The position numbers and the translations under genes are program-made. This document shows, one piece after another, positions 10,470 through 20,840 of a stretch of DNA of 60,379 bases; the first letter of the stretch is position 1, and each line of letters begins with the position of its first letter. The stretch is taken from the NCBI GenBank assembly GCA_040753675.1, contig JBFMEB010000010.1:1-60379 (forward strand), read 5' to 3'. This DNA is from Candidatus Omnitrophota bacterium (GTDB taxonomy: Bacteria > Omnitrophota > Gorgyraeia > JAHJTE01). The notes beneath the pieces were generated by a model. It saw nothing but the letters and a program-made list of their open reading frames with translations. It searched no databases and was not told where the DNA came from.

Positions 10470-11798
10470 ATGGGAAGGAAGGCTTTAGACATTGAGAAAT
10501 ACGCTTTAGATTTAATTATGACTGATGATTTCCAAGCCAAGAAAAAATTGGCAGCGAAGATTCGCACCTTGGCTTATAAGAAAGGCATATATCCATCTAG
10601 TATTCATGAGTTTTATATGGCACGCGGCAGAGGAGAATTTAGCGGATTTACTGTGCCAGCAATAAATTTAAGAAGCATGACTTATGATTTGGCCAAGGCG
10701 ATATTCAGGGTAGCAAAGAAAAATAATTGCGCGGCTTTCATCTTTGAAATTGCCAAGTCAGAGATGGGTTATACAAATCAAACGCCTTTAGAGTATGCCA
10801 GTGTAGTCTTATCTGCAGCTATAAAAGAAGGTTTTATTGGCCCTGTATTTATCCAGGGCGACCATTTTCAGGTCAACGCCAAAAAATTTGCAGAAAATCC
10901 AGAAGCAGAATTACAAGGCTTAAAGGATTTAATCGAAGATGCTATAGAAGCAGGTTTTTATAACATCGATATTGATTCATCTACCTTAGTAGATTTATCA
11001 AAGCCTGATGTTAAAAAACAGCAATATTTAAATTATGAGGTTTGTGCCAAGCTGACTCAATTTATCCGTCAGGTTCAGCCTAAGGCGATAGAAGTATCTG
11101 TTGGCGGAGAAATTGGTGAGGTAGGTAGCAAAAATTCTACTGCTGAAGATTTAAAGGCATTTATGACAGGTTACCGGGAGAGGCTGCGTAAAGGTTATAA
11201 CGGCATTAGCAAGATTAGCATTCAGACAGGGACTAGCCATGGTGGGGTAGTATTGCCAGACGGCACAGTGGCAGAAGTAAAATTAGACTTTGAAACTTTA
11301 AAAACTCTTTCGGAAATTGCCAGAAATGAATATGGCCTGGCCGGCGCAGTGCAACATGGCGCCTCAACCTTGCCTGCTGAGGCATTTCATAAATTTGCCC
11401 AAACAGAAACAGCAGAGGTGCATCTGGCAACAGAATTTCAGAATATGATTTATGAAAGCAAGCATTTCTCGCAGGAATTAAAAACAAAAATTTATGATTG
11501 GCTTAAGATAAATGCAGCATCGGAGAGAAAAGAAAGCGATAGCGAAGAGCAGTTTTTCTATAGGACCCGTAAAAAGGCGTTAGGGCCATTTAAAAAAGAG
11601 ATTATGGGCTTAAGTCCGCAAACGCGAGCGGCAATAGCTGCTGAGATTGAGGATAAATTCGAATTCCTATTTAAACAATTAAATTGCATAAATAACAAAG
11701 AATTAGTCAATAAATTCGTAACTTTAAAGCGCGTCATTAGTCGTAAACGCCAGCGGACAGAAAAAGTAATCCAACACGATTCACAGGGGGCTGATTAA
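10470..11798 (+). CDS. fba: class II ketose/fructose-bisphosphate aldolase (long form)
   Basis: 442 aa. The [18 protein letters not shown] and QTGTSHGG segments are typical of the class II aldolase barrel. Confidence 0.7.
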   Translation: MGRKALDIEKYALDLIMTDDFQAKKKLAAKIRTLAYKKGIYPSSIHEFYMARGRGEFSGFTVPAINLRSMTYDLAKAIFRVAKKNNCAAFIFEIAKSEMGYTNQTPLEYASVVLSAAIKEGFIGPVFIQGDHFQVNAKKFAENPEAELQGLKDLIEDAIEAGFYNIDIDSSTLVDLSKPDVKKQQYLNYEVCAKLTQFIRQVQPKAIEVSVGGEIGEVGSKNSTAEDLKAFMTGYRERLRKGYNGISKISIQTGTSHGGVVLPDGTVAEVKLDFETLKTLSEIARNEYGLAGAVQHGASTLPAEAFHKFAQTETAEVHLATEFQNMIYESKHFSQELKTKIYDWLKINAASERKESDSEEQFFYRTRKKALGPFKKEIMGLSPQTRAAIAAEIEDKFEFLFKQLNCINNKELVNKFVTLKRVISRKRQRTEKVIQHDSQGAD

Positions 11799-11800
11799 TT

Positions 11801-13546
11801 ATGGCAAAAAAGAAGGCAATAAAAAGAGAAAAGAAAGATAAAAAAGAGAAGAAGGAATTGCAACTTAGATCAGATATCACTAAAAAAGGAATTGAGCGTA
11901 TTCCGCATCGGGCACTTCTTTATGCTACCGGGCTATCTTCCTCAGATATGGATAAGCCTTTTATCGGGATAGCCTCATCATTCTCTGATTTAGTTCCAGG
12001 CCATATTTCCATGCGTTCTTTGGAGCGCGCGATTGAAAATGGGATATATTCTGCAGGCGGCAGGCCGTTTATTTTCGGGGTTCCTGCTATCTGCGATGGC
12101 ATTGCTATGGGCCATTCTGGAATGAGATATTCCTTGCCCTTGCGTGAAATTGTGGCTGATGCGATTGAGTCAGTTGCTAACGCTCATTGTCTGGACGGAT
12201 TAGTCTTGCTGACTAATTGCGATAAAATTACTCCAGGTATGCTTATGGCTTTAGCGCGTTTAAATATTCCAAGCATTGTGGTTACTGCCGGGCCAATGTT
12301 AACTGGAAGAATGAAAAATAGAAGATTATCTTTAGTACGTGATACTTTTGAGGCAGTTGCGTTAGCTAAGAAAGGCGAGATAAAGCCTGAAGAGCTTGCT
12401 TGTCTGGAAATGTCAGCCTGTCCTGGTGCTGGTTCTTGTCAGGGGCTTTATACTGCTAATACTTTAGCTTGTTTGACAGAAGCCTTAGGGTTGTCTTTAC
12501 CGGGCTGTGCTTGCGCATCAGCAGTTAGTGCTAAAAAAATGCGCATTGCCTTTGAATCTGGACAAAAAATCATAGAATTAGTAAGAAAAAATGTTACTCC
12601 TCGTAGTATCTTAACCCGAACTGCGTTTGAAAACGCGATTGTGGTGGATATGGCTTTGGGTGGTTCGAGTAATAGCGTACTTCATCTTTTGGCAATTAGT
12701 TATGAAGCAAATATTCATTTGCCTTTAAAACTTTTTGATTTAATTTCACGAAAAATACCTACAATCTGTTCTCTGGAGCCTGCAGGTAATCATTATATGG
12801 AGGATTTAGAGACAGCAGGAGGGATTCCTGCGGTTTTGAAAAGATTAAGGCCTAAATTAAACAATACCTCAACCATTAACGGTAAATCAATTTATCAAAT
12901 CGCAGCTGAGGCGCAAATTTTCGATGAAGAGGTTATACGGCCTTTAAATCAACCTTATAATAAAGAAGGAGGCATTGCAATTCTCTTCGGCAATCTTGCG
13001 CCAGAAGGGGCAGTAGTTAAGCAGAGCGCGGTAAGTAAGGAGATGATGCGCTTTATTGGTAAAGCAGTAATTTTTGAATCAGAAGAAGAAGCAATGCAGG
13101 CAATCTTGCACGGTAAAATCAAAAAAGGCCAGGTTGTGGTTATTCGTAACGAAGGGCCTAAAGGCGGCCCGGGAATGCGGGAGATGCTCTCGCCTACATC
13201 AGCAATCGTGGGCATGGGTTTGGCAGATAGCGTTGCCCTAATTACTGACGGAAGATTTTCCGGAGGAACACGCGGGCCTTGCATCGGCCATATTAGCCCG
13301 GAAGCAGCAGTAGGCGGACCAATCTCAATTATTGAGAATGATGACCGTATAGAAATAGATATTCAAAAACGTAAATTAGAATTACTTATCCCTGCAAAAA
13401 GGCTACGGGAAAGACTTAATATAAAACATGAAGCAAAACCAAAAGTAGTAGGCGGTTACCTTGAAAAATATGCAAGCTTAGTAAGTTCTGCTAGCATAGG
13501 AGCAGTAGTCAGGCCTAAGCCAATAGAGGGTTCGATAAAAAGATGA
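11801..13546 (+). CDS. ilvD: dihydroxy-acid dehydratase with a Lys-rich N-terminal extension
   Basis: IlvD/Edd family ([20 protein letters not shown]). About 20 extra N-terminal residues: [20 protein letters not shown]. Confidence 0.9.
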   Translation: MAKKKAIKREKKDKKEKKELQLRSDITKKGIERIPHRALLYATGLSSSDMDKPFIGIASSFSDLVPGHISMRSLERAIENGIYSAGGRPFIFGVPAICDGIAMGHSGMRYSLPLREIVADAIESVANAHCLDGLVLLTNCDKITPGMLMALARLNIPSIVVTAGPMLTGRMKNRRLSLVRDTFEAVALAKKGEIKPEELACLEMSACPGAGSCQGLYTANTLACLTEALGLSLPGCACASAVSAKKMRIAFESGQKIIELVRKNVTPRSILTRTAFENAIVVDMALGGSSNSVLHLLAISYEANIHLPLKLFDLISRKIPTICSLEPAGNHYMEDLETAGGIPAVLKRLRPKLNNTSTINGKSIYQIAAEAQIFDEEVIRPLNQPYNKEGGIAILFGNLAPEGAVVKQSAVSKEMMRFIGKAVIFESEEEAMQAILHGKIKKGQVVVIRNEGPKGGPGMREMLSPTSAIVGMGLADSVALITDGRFSGGTRGPCIGHISPEAAVGGPISIIENDDRIEIDIQKRKLELLIPAKRLRERLNIKHEAKPKVVGGYLEKYASLVSSASIGAVVRPKPIEGSIKR

Positions 13547-15207
13547 CTGGTGCACAGATTTTAGTCGAGAGTTTAAAAAAAGAAGGGGTTGAAGTAATCT
13601 TTGGTTATCCAGGTGGGTCAGTTTTGCCTCTTTTTGACGCTTTATATGATGCGCCGTTTAAATTTATTCTGACTCGTCATGAACAGGCAGCAGCACATGC
13701 AGCAGATGGCTTTAGCCGCGCAACTGGAAAGGTTGGCGTTTGCATGGCAACTTCTGGCCCGGGTGCTACAAATTTAACCACTGGAATTGCAAATGCGTAT
13801 ATGGATTCAATTCCGATGGTAGCTATAACCGGACAGGTTAAAACATTTCTGATTGGCAATGATGCTTTTCAAGAGGCAGATATTACAGGCATAACTCGGC
13901 CAATAACAAAGCATAATTATTTGGTTAAAGATATCAAGGATTTAATACGTATTATTCGAGAGGCATTTCACATTGCCTCAACTGGTAGACCTGGCCCTGT
14001 GGTAATTGATGTTCCGGTTGATATTCAGCAACAGCAGCTAGAATTTATCTGGCCAGAGGAAGTTAATATACGCGGCTATAAGCCAACATATTTTGGCCAT
14101 CCGGGTCAGATTAAAAAGGCAGCTAAATTAATCAGTTCGTCTAAAAGGCCGATTATCTATACAGGCGGCGGAATTATCACATCTGGCGCAAGCCATGAAT
14201 TGAGAGAGTTAGCAGAAAAAATAAATGCGCCTGTGACTTGGACGCTTATGGGCATAGGTGGTTTTCCCGCTACACATAAACTTGCATTAGGTATGCTTGG
14301 GATGCATGGCACAGCTTATGCAAACCACGCAATTATGGAATCAGATCTTATTATTGCAATCGGAGCAAGATTCGATGACCGTGTAACCGGAAGAATTGAT
14401 GCGTTTGCGCCGCACGCTAAAGTTATTCATATTGATATAGATCCTGCTTCTATCAGTAAAAATATTAGGGTTGATATTCCTATTGTAGGAGATGCTAAAA
14501 ATGTTTTAGGCCAAGTGTTAGAGGAATTAGGTAAGCAGGCTGATACCTCAGATTGGCTTAAGACTATTGAGACCTGGAAGAAGAAGTATCCTCTTAGTTA
14601 TAAGAGCGAAGGTAAAATTAAGCCACAGTATGTTATTGAACAGATTGATGAGGCGACCCAGGGCGAGGCAATAATCACTACAGAGGTTGGCCAGAATCAG
14701 ATGTGGGCTTGCCAGTGGTATAAATATTCGCATCCGCGCACTTTTATTTCATCCGGCGGATTAGGGACTATGGGTTTTGGTTTTCCTGCGGCAATGGGCG
14801 CTAAATTGGGTTGTCCTGAAAAAATAGTTTTTGACATTGCTGGTGACGGCTCTATTCAGATGAACATACAGGAATTAGCTACTTGTGTATGTAATAAAAT
14901 AAATGTTAAGGTGGCGATTTTAAATAATGGATATTTAGGAATGGTCAGGCAGTGGCAGGAATTATTTTATAAGAAACGCTATGCGCATACGTGTATATCC
15001 GGCCCTGATTTCGTAAAATTAGCAGAAAGTTATGGCGCAGCAGGCATCCGGGTTACAAAAAAAGAAGAGGTGCGGCCTGCTATTGAAAAGGCAATAGCAA
15101 TAGATAACACTGTGTTTATTGATTTTCATATCGAGCCAGAAGAAAATGTCTATCCTATGGTGCCTGCGGGCGAAGCCATAAATAGGATGATAGGCGGCAT
15201 GGCATAG
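13543..15207 (+). CDS. ilvB: acetolactate synthase large subunit
   Basis: ThDP enzyme with GYPGG, GPGATN and [15 protein letters not shown] motifs. Confidence 0.9.
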   Translation: MTGAQILVESLKKEGVEVIFGYPGGSVLPLFDALYDAPFKFILTRHEQAAAHAADGFSRATGKVGVCMATSGPGATNLTTGIANAYMDSIPMVAITGQVKTFLIGNDAFQEADITGITRPITKHNYLVKDIKDLIRIIREAFHIASTGRPGPVVIDVPVDIQQQQLEFIWPEEVNIRGYKPTYFGHPGQIKKAAKLISSSKRPIIYTGGGIITSGASHELRELAEKINAPVTWTLMGIGGFPATHKLALGMLGMHGTAYANHAIMESDLIIAIGARFDDRVTGRIDAFAPHAKVIHIDIDPASISKNIRVDIPIVGDAKNVLGQVLEELGKQADTSDWLKTIETWKKKYPLSYKSEGKIKPQYVIEQIDEATQGEAIITTEVGQNQMWACQWYKYSHPRTFISSGGLGTMGFGFPAAMGAKLGCPEKIVFDIAGDGSIQMNIQELATCVCNKINVKVAILNNGYLGMVRQWQELFYKKRYAHTCISGPDFVKLAESYGAAGIRVTKKEEVRPAIEKAIAIDNTVFIDFHIEPEENVYPMVPAGEAINRMIGGMA

Positions 15208-15320
15208 AACACAGATGAACACAGATGGTCGTGGTAGCAGATATATTAGAGTACTGCACACAGATGATCGCAGATAAAATCTGCGATAGTCTGTTCTTTT
15301 ATCTGTGCTAATCTGTGTAA
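15208..15320. repeat. CACAGAT/GATCGCAGATAAAA-word palindromic element between ilvB and ilvN
   Basis: Forward words ACACAGATG x2, GCAGATA and CACACAGATGATCGCAGAT. Perfect hairpin ATCGCAGAT 15267-15275 / ATCTGCGAT 15279-15287. Then inverted words TCTGTTC, ATCTGTGC and ATCTGTGT. Confidence 0.8.
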
Positions 15321-15338
15321 TGAGGAGCGAAGCGACGA

Positions 15339-15815
15339 ATGAAACATACCATTTCAGTATTAGTCGAGAATAAACCCGGCGTGCTGGCGCGGATTGCCGG
15401 GCTATTTAGCGCACGGGGTTTTAACATTGATTCTTTGGCAGTGGGGGAGACCAATGACCCGACAATGTCACGTATGACCATTGTTGTGGATGCTAAAGAT
15501 GAGATGATTTTAGACCAGATAAAGAAACAGCTGAATAAATTAATCGATACGATTTCAGTTGTTGATTTTACTAAAAGAGAAATTGTTGAGAGAGAATTAA
15601 TTTTGATAAAGTTAGAATTAGACCCAAAAGATAAAAAACACCTTGAAGTTTTGGCTGAAAAATTTAGAGCGCATATTGTTTTTAGTAAAGAAAATAGCGC
15701 CATCGTAGAGATTTCAGCAGAGAGACAAAAAATCGATGAGTTTTTAAAAGAATTGGAAAAATTTAAAATTAAAGAGTTAGTCAGGACCGGCAGGATTGCG
15801 ATGGATAAACATTAA
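15339..15815 (+). CDS. ilvN: acetolactate synthase small (regulatory) subunit
   Basis: ACT-domain start HTISVLVENKPGVLARIAGLFSARGFNIDSL. Confidence 0.9.
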   Translation: MKHTISVLVENKPGVLARIAGLFSARGFNIDSLAVGETNDPTMSRMTIVVDAKDEMILDQIKKQLNKLIDTISVVDFTKREIVERELILIKLELDPKDKKHLEVLAEKFRAHIVFSKENSAIVEISAERQKIDEFLKELEKFKIKELVRTGRIAMDKH

Positions 15816-15828
15816 TTGTGGAGGATAA

Positions 15829-16821
15829 ATGCTTAAAATTTATTATGATAATGATGCGAATCTGGATATTTTAAAAGATAAGATAATTGCGATTATTGGC
15901 TATGGCATACAAGGCCGCGGCCAGGCATTATGCCTTAAAGATTCAGAATGCAAGGTAACTGTTTCTGAGATAGAAGGTACGCCAAATTTTGAGCAAGCTA
16001 AGAAAGACGGATTTTTTCCGGTTTCTGCAGCTGAGGCAGCCCAACGAGCGGATATTATCCAGATTTTAACTCAAGACCATGTCCAGGCAAATGTTTATAA
16101 AGAGGCAATAAAGCCAAATTTAAAGAAGGGCAAAGCGCTTTGTTTTTCGCACGGCTTTAATATAAGATTTAAACAAATAAAGCCGCCAAAGAACGTCGAT
16201 GTTTTTATGGTTGCGCCTAAAGGACCAGGCGCTTTAGTGCGCAGGATGTATGAAGAAGGAAAAGGTGTGCCGTCCTTGTTAGCAGTTTTTCAGGATGCAA
16301 CAGGTTCAGCCAAGCAATTGGGATTAGCTTATGCTAAGGCAATTGGTGCAACTCGCGCAGGAGTGATTGAGACAACATTTGAGGAAGAAACTGAAACTGA
16401 TCTTTTTGGTGAACAGGCAGTTCTTTGTGGCGGAGTTACAGAATTAATCAAGGCAGGATTTGATACGTTGGTTGAAGCAGGTTATCAACCAGAGATTGCC
16501 TATTTTGAAGTTTTGCACGAGTTGAAACTGATTACTGATTTAATTCAGGAGACTGGAATTAGCGGGATGCGCAGGCGGGTTTCTAATACTGCCTGTTACG
16601 GCGATTTAACCCGAGGCCCAAAAATTATCACTGAAAAAACCCGCAAAGTGATGAAGAAAATTTTAAAAGAGGTAAAGAGCGGAAAATTTGCTAGGGAATG
16701 GATTAAAGAAAATGAAGCAGGCAGGCCGGTATTTAATGATTTACTTAAAAAAGGCGATGAGCATCCTATAGAAGCAGTTGGTAAAAAACTGCGTGAGATG
16801 ATGCCGTGGATGCATAAGTAA
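15829..16821 (+). CDS. ilvC: ketol-acid reductoisomerase
   Basis: [18 protein letters not shown] Rossmann motif and class I KARI length (330 aa). Confidence 0.9.
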   Translation: MLKIYYDNDANLDILKDKIIAIIGYGIQGRGQALCLKDSECKVTVSEIEGTPNFEQAKKDGFFPVSAAEAAQRADIIQILTQDHVQANVYKEAIKPNLKKGKALCFSHGFNIRFKQIKPPKNVDVFMVAPKGPGALVRRMYEEGKGVPSLLAVFQDATGSAKQLGLAYAKAIGATRAGVIETTFEEETETDLFGEQAVLCGGVTELIKAGFDTLVEAGYQPEIAYFEVLHELKLITDLIQETGISGMRRRVSNTACYGDLTRGPKIITEKTRKVMKKILKEVKSGKFAREWIKENEAGRPVFNDLLKKGDEHPIEAVGKKLREMMPWMHK

Positions 16822-16920
16822 TGCAAAAATCAAAGTTTAAAAATCAAAATTACAATTTAAAATTCAAAATTTTTAATTTTGATATGTCATTTTGATATTT
16901 GATTTTTGATATTTAAATTT
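16822..16920. repeat. AAAATCAAA-word palindromic element, copy 1 (same family as 54174-54280)
   Basis: Left arm gcaaaaatcaaag..aaaaatcaaaatt. Right arm ttttgatatgtcattttgatatttgatttttgatatttaa. Shares the atatgtcattttga-attt-atttttgatatttaa block with copy 2. Confidence 0.75.
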
Positions 16921-16926
16921 AATACC

Positions 16927-18432
16927 ATGGATAAACTAATCATATTCGACACAACCTTAAGAGACGGGGAGCAGGCACCTGGGGCAAGTCTGACTATGAA
17001 GGAAAAGTTAGAGATTGCCAGGCAGTTAGTCAACTTAGGCGTTGATATAATTGAGGCTGGTTTTCCAGTCTCTTCAAAAGGCGATTTTGAGTCAGTTAAC
17101 AAAATTGCCAAGACTGTTAGCGGAGTCACTATCTGTGGCCTGGCTCGTGCTTTAAAAAAGGATATTGATACAGCTGTATTAGCCATAAAGCCGGCAAAGA
17201 AAAAATTATTGCATATATTTTTGGCAACCTCAAAAATCCATATGCAGTATAAATTAAAAAAAGCCAAAGAAGAGATACTGCGCATCGCAGTTGAGACAGT
17301 AAGCTATGCCAGAAAAAAAATCGAAACCATAGAATTTTCACCTGAAGATGCTACTCGCACTGAGCCTGAATTTTTATTCAAGGTGATTGAATCGGTTATT
17401 AATGCTGGGGCTACAGTTATAAATATTCCTGATACAGTTGGCTTTACTGAACCCGAAGAATATGGACGCTTAATTGCTTCGATAAAAGAAAACGTTCCTA
17501 ATATCGGAAAGGCAATAATCTCAGTACATTGCCATAATGATTTGGGCCTGGCAGTTGCCAATTCCCTTTCTGCAATTAAGAATGGAGCCAGGCAAGTTGA
17601 ATGTACGATTAACGGCATAGGCGAACGCGCTGGAAATGCATCTATGGAAGAGTTGGTTATGGCAATAAAGACACGGCCGGATATTTTCGATACTATGTTT
17701 ACCGAGATTAAGAGTCGCGAAATTTATAAGACTTCCAGGCTGGTAAGCAAACTTACAGGTTTTGTAGTGCCTCCTAATAAAGCAATTGTGGGTTTAAATG
17801 CCTTTCGTCATGAGTCTGGAATCCATCAGGATGGAGTTATAAAAAAAGCCATTACTTACGAGATAATAAAACCCGAGGATGTTGGTTTTACTGGAGTAGG
17901 GTTAGTGTTAGGCAAACACTCGGGTCGGCATGCTTTAAGAGAGCGGCTAAAATTATTAGGCATGCATTTGACTGATAAGGAATTAGATGAGGTTTTTAGA
18001 GACTTTAAGGATTTAGCTGATAAGAAAAAGGAAGTTTTTGATGAAGATTTAATTGCACTTGTTGAAGAAGAATTAGGCAAGACTCAGGATTTCTGGAAGT
18101 TGGAAGACTTAAGGGTTGAAAGCGGTATGCATATTACTCCCAATGCCCAGGTAACTCTAAAGTTAAAAAATAAAACCAAGAATAGCTGTTCATCAGGCGA
18201 CGGTCCGGTCGATGCCTGCTTTAAAGCTGTTGATAAGATTACAGGGATAAAGGGGAAATTATTGGATTATTCTATTCAGTCGGTTACTGCCGGAAAAGAT
18301 GCAATAGGAGAAGTTAGTGTTCGCATAGCGGCTAAAGGTAAGGAGTCTTTAGGTAAAGGCAGGAGCACTGATATTGTCGAGGCCTCGGTTAAGGCGTATC
18401 TTAATGCTGTAAGTAAGATTGCCAACATTTAA
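16927..18432 (+). CDS. leuA: 2-isopropylmalate synthase
   Basis: IFDTTLRDGEQ and HCHNDLGLAVAN motifs plus a C-terminal LeuA dimerisation/regulatory domain. Start ATG 16927 is preferred; the track ORF starts at 16906 inside the repeat. Confidence 0.9.
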   Translation: MDKLIIFDTTLRDGEQAPGASLTMKEKLEIARQLVNLGVDIIEAGFPVSSKGDFESVNKIAKTVSGVTICGLARALKKDIDTAVLAIKPAKKKLLHIFLATSKIHMQYKLKKAKEEILRIAVETVSYARKKIETIEFSPEDATRTEPEFLFKVIESVINAGATVINIPDTVGFTEPEEYGRLIASIKENVPNIGKAIISVHCHNDLGLAVANSLSAIKNGARQVECTINGIGERAGNASMEELVMAIKTRPDIFDTMFTEIKSREIYKTSRLVSKLTGFVVPPNKAIVGLNAFRHESGIHQDGVIKKAITYEIIKPEDVGFTGVGLVLGKHSGRHALRERLKLLGMHLTDKELDEVFRDFKDLADKKKEVFDEDLIALVEEELGKTQDFWKLEDLRVESGMHITPNAQVTLKLKNKTKNSCSSGDGPVDACFKAVDKITGIKGKLLDYSIQSVTAGKDAIGEVSVRIAAKGKESLGKGRSTDIVEASVKAYLNAVSKIANI

Positions 18433-18914
18433 TGCTACGGACGAGACTAAGAGATTATTTTGGTATTACGTTATTGATAATTATTGCCCTCTTTGGGGTA
18501 GCAGCATTTAAGCTTATAAGTTCCGGTGCCTTGGATGGGCTTAGATTAAATTTTAGTAATGATTTGCAGGATTTTAAACTCCAACTAGGTATCATAAAAG
18601 AAAATACGCGTGATTTAATAGTCCCCCCTCGTAAACAACCCGGTTCTCTTTTATTAGCCGAAGAAAAACTAAAACAGTTTCTTCCAGATCCTTTTGCTAA
18701 ATTTGGTCAAGGAGATTGGGATAGTTTCTGGAATCTTATCTATGGAGTTCACGAGACTGATGACTACGGCATAAATTATACTCCTAAGAGAAAGAGACAG
18801 CTAAATATTGATGAGATTGAAGAGATTTTACGCCAAGATTATCCGCATATTTTCCCTAAATTTGATTCTCAAACGTGGCATGACTTTTGGACACTGATAT
18901 TTAGCAAAAAATAA
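18432..18914 (+). CDS. hypothetical membrane-anchored protein with an internal W-rich repeat
   Basis: 160 aa with an N-terminal TM helix. Contains duplicated GDWDSFWNLIYG and QTWHDFWTLIFS. TAATG overlap with the leuA stop. Confidence 0.5.
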   Translation: MLRTRLRDYFGITLLIIIALFGVAAFKLISSGALDGLRLNFSNDLQDFKLQLGIIKENTRDLIVPPRKQPGSLLLAEEKLKQFLPDPFAKFGQGDWDSFWNLIYGVHETDDYGINYTPKRKRQLNIDEIEEILRQDYPHIFPKFDSQTWHDFWTLIFSKK

Positions 18915-18929
18915 CAAGCGAGTCAAAGG

Positions 18930-19907
18930 ATGAAACAGATATTTGGTCTAATTGGTAATCCGGTAAAACATAGTCTTTCGCCAGCGATGCAAATGGCAGC
19001 ATTTAGGTACTATAATATTGACGCTGAGTATAGGTTATTTGAATTAAGAGCCGAAGAATTAGAGAGTTTTTTGCTGGGAAAAGTTGCAATCAAAGATACT
19101 GAGGGCAAAGAAGTAAACATTAAAGATATGTCAGGTTTCAATGTGACTATTCCTTATAAGGTAAAAGTACGAGAGATGCTCGAGAGAGAATTTCCAGTTA
19201 GCAAAGATACCAAACAGAGGCCAGAAGACCTGCATTATGTTCTGGTAAGCGGAGCAGTGAATACAGTGAAGAGACAGGGAGATATATTAGAATATTTCAA
19301 TACTGACGCATCAGGCTTTCTAGAGTCTTTACGTGATGAGTTAAAATTTGATACCAAAGATAAAAACGTTTTACTTATTGGCTGTGGCGGGGCAGGCAGA
19401 GCAGTTATAGCTGCCTTAGCCTGGTGGAAAAATAAGGAAATCAGAATTAAAAAGATTTACGTTACGGATATTAATAAAGAAGCAATCAATTCTGCCAGAT
19501 CATATTTTTTAAATATTCAAGAACATTCCAAAAATTTAAATTTTGTAGACAGATTACAATTTATCCGTAGTAAAGATATTAGTAAGATTATAATGGATAT
19601 TGATTTATTGGTTAATGCATCTCCGGTTGGTATGGAAGATGAGGATGGCTCTGTTATTGATAAGAATTTATTACATAAAAATTTATATGTTTATGATATA
19701 GTATATAATAGAAACGGTCAAACACAGTTAGTCAAAGACGCAAAAGAAATTTTAGGAAAAGATCGCGTAGCTGACGGCTTAAGTATGTTATTATATCAAG
19801 GCGCAAGTTCTTTCGAGCATTGGACAGGAGAGAGAGCTCCCATTGCAATAATGAGAGAGGCTTTAGAGAAAGAGGTTAACCCCGTTAGAAAGGATGAGAC
19901 TTCTTAA
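18930..19907 (+). CDS. aroE: shikimate dehydrogenase (long form)
   Basis: GNPVKHSLSP, FNVTIPYK, NTD and GCGGAGRA motifs. Confidence 0.85.
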   Translation: MKQIFGLIGNPVKHSLSPAMQMAAFRYYNIDAEYRLFELRAEELESFLLGKVAIKDTEGKEVNIKDMSGFNVTIPYKVKVREMLEREFPVSKDTKQRPEDLHYVLVSGAVNTVKRQGDILEYFNTDASGFLESLRDELKFDTKDKNVLLIGCGGAGRAVIAALAWWKNKEIRIKKIYVTDINKEAINSARSYFLNIQEHSKNLNFVDRLQFIRSKDISKIIMDIDLLVNASPVGMEDEDGSVIDKNLLHKNLYVYDIVYNRNGQTQLVKDAKEILGKDRVADGLSMLLYQGASSFEHWTGERAPIAIMREALEKEVNPVRKDETS

Positions 19908-19997
19908 TTCTTTCCACAGGGGGATGTATCTTAATTAAGTTACTTGTTAGCTCCGCCATAAATAAATTGTGGAGTTTTCTAACGGGGTGAAAAGATT

Positions 19998-20771
19998 ATG
20001 TTAGAGAAAATAATTGTGTTTATTTTTGGCTCTATAGTGGGAAGTTTCTTAAATGTATGTATTTATCGCATGCCTAAGAATGAATCTATCATAAAACCGG
20101 CTTCGCATTGCCCAAATTGCAAAAACCCGATTGATTGGTATGATAATATTCCTATATTTAGTTTTCTTTTCTTGGGTGCGAAATGTAGATACTGTAAACA
20201 GAGAATAAATTTGCGCTATCCAGTTGTAGAACTTCTTAGCGCCGCCCTAGCATTGTTTTTGTTTACCCAATTTGGCTTATCTGTAAAATTTTTTATATAT
20301 GCGGTTTTGTTTTGCGCCTTGATAGTATCCTCATTTATAGACCTTGAATATCAGATTATTCCGGATGAGATTTCGGTTGGGGCGATAATTATCGGATTAT
20401 TAGTCAATATCTTCTATCCTGCCTTTAACGGGCTTTTAAGTTTAAGACAATCTTTGGTTTTTTCCGGCTTAGGCATATTGGTGGGAGGCGGAACGCTTTA
20501 TTTAACTGGTATAATAGGTGATATAATCTTTAAAAAAGAATCAATGGGTGGGGGGGATATCAAGTTATTAGCAGGGATTGGTGCTCTTTTAGGCTGGAGG
20601 ATTGCGCTTTTTGTTTTTTTTGGGGCTCCCATTTTTGGTGCAATTGTAGGTTTAATAGTTAAAATAAGAAAAAAGATAAGCATTATTCCTTATGGTCCGT
20701 TTATTTCTTTATGTACTTTTATTGCTGTTTTTTGGGGTGAACAGATTGTTGGCTGGATATTTAAATACTGA
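19998..20771 (+). CDS. pilD: prepilin peptidase (A24 family)
   Basis: N-terminal CPNC..CRYC zinc motif, polytopic membrane protein, GGGDIKLL active-site motif. Confidence 0.85.
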   Translation: MLEKIIVFIFGSIVGSFLNVCIYRMPKNESIIKPASHCPNCKNPIDWYDNIPIFSFLFLGAKCRYCKQRINLRYPVVELLSAALALFLFTQFGLSVKFFIYAVLFCALIVSSFIDLEYQIIPDEISVGAIIIGLLVNIFYPAFNGLLSLRQSLVFSGLGILVGGGTLYLTGIIGDIIFKKESMGGGDIKLLAGIGALLGWRIALFVFFGAPIFGAIVGLIVKIRKKISIIPYGPFISLCTFIAVFWGEQIVGWIFKY

Positions 20772-20772
20772 A

Positions 20773-20818
20773 ACACAGATGATCGCAAGATAAAAGAACA
20801 GATGATCGCAGATAAAAG
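20773..20818. repeat. tandem ~22-mer ACAGATGATCGCA(A)GATAAAAG x2 (CACAGAT family)
   Basis: Read directly between pilD and aroC. Nearly identical to the core of the 15208 element. Confidence 0.75.
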
Positions 20819-20840
20819 CAGAGTATAAGGAGGTATTAAC

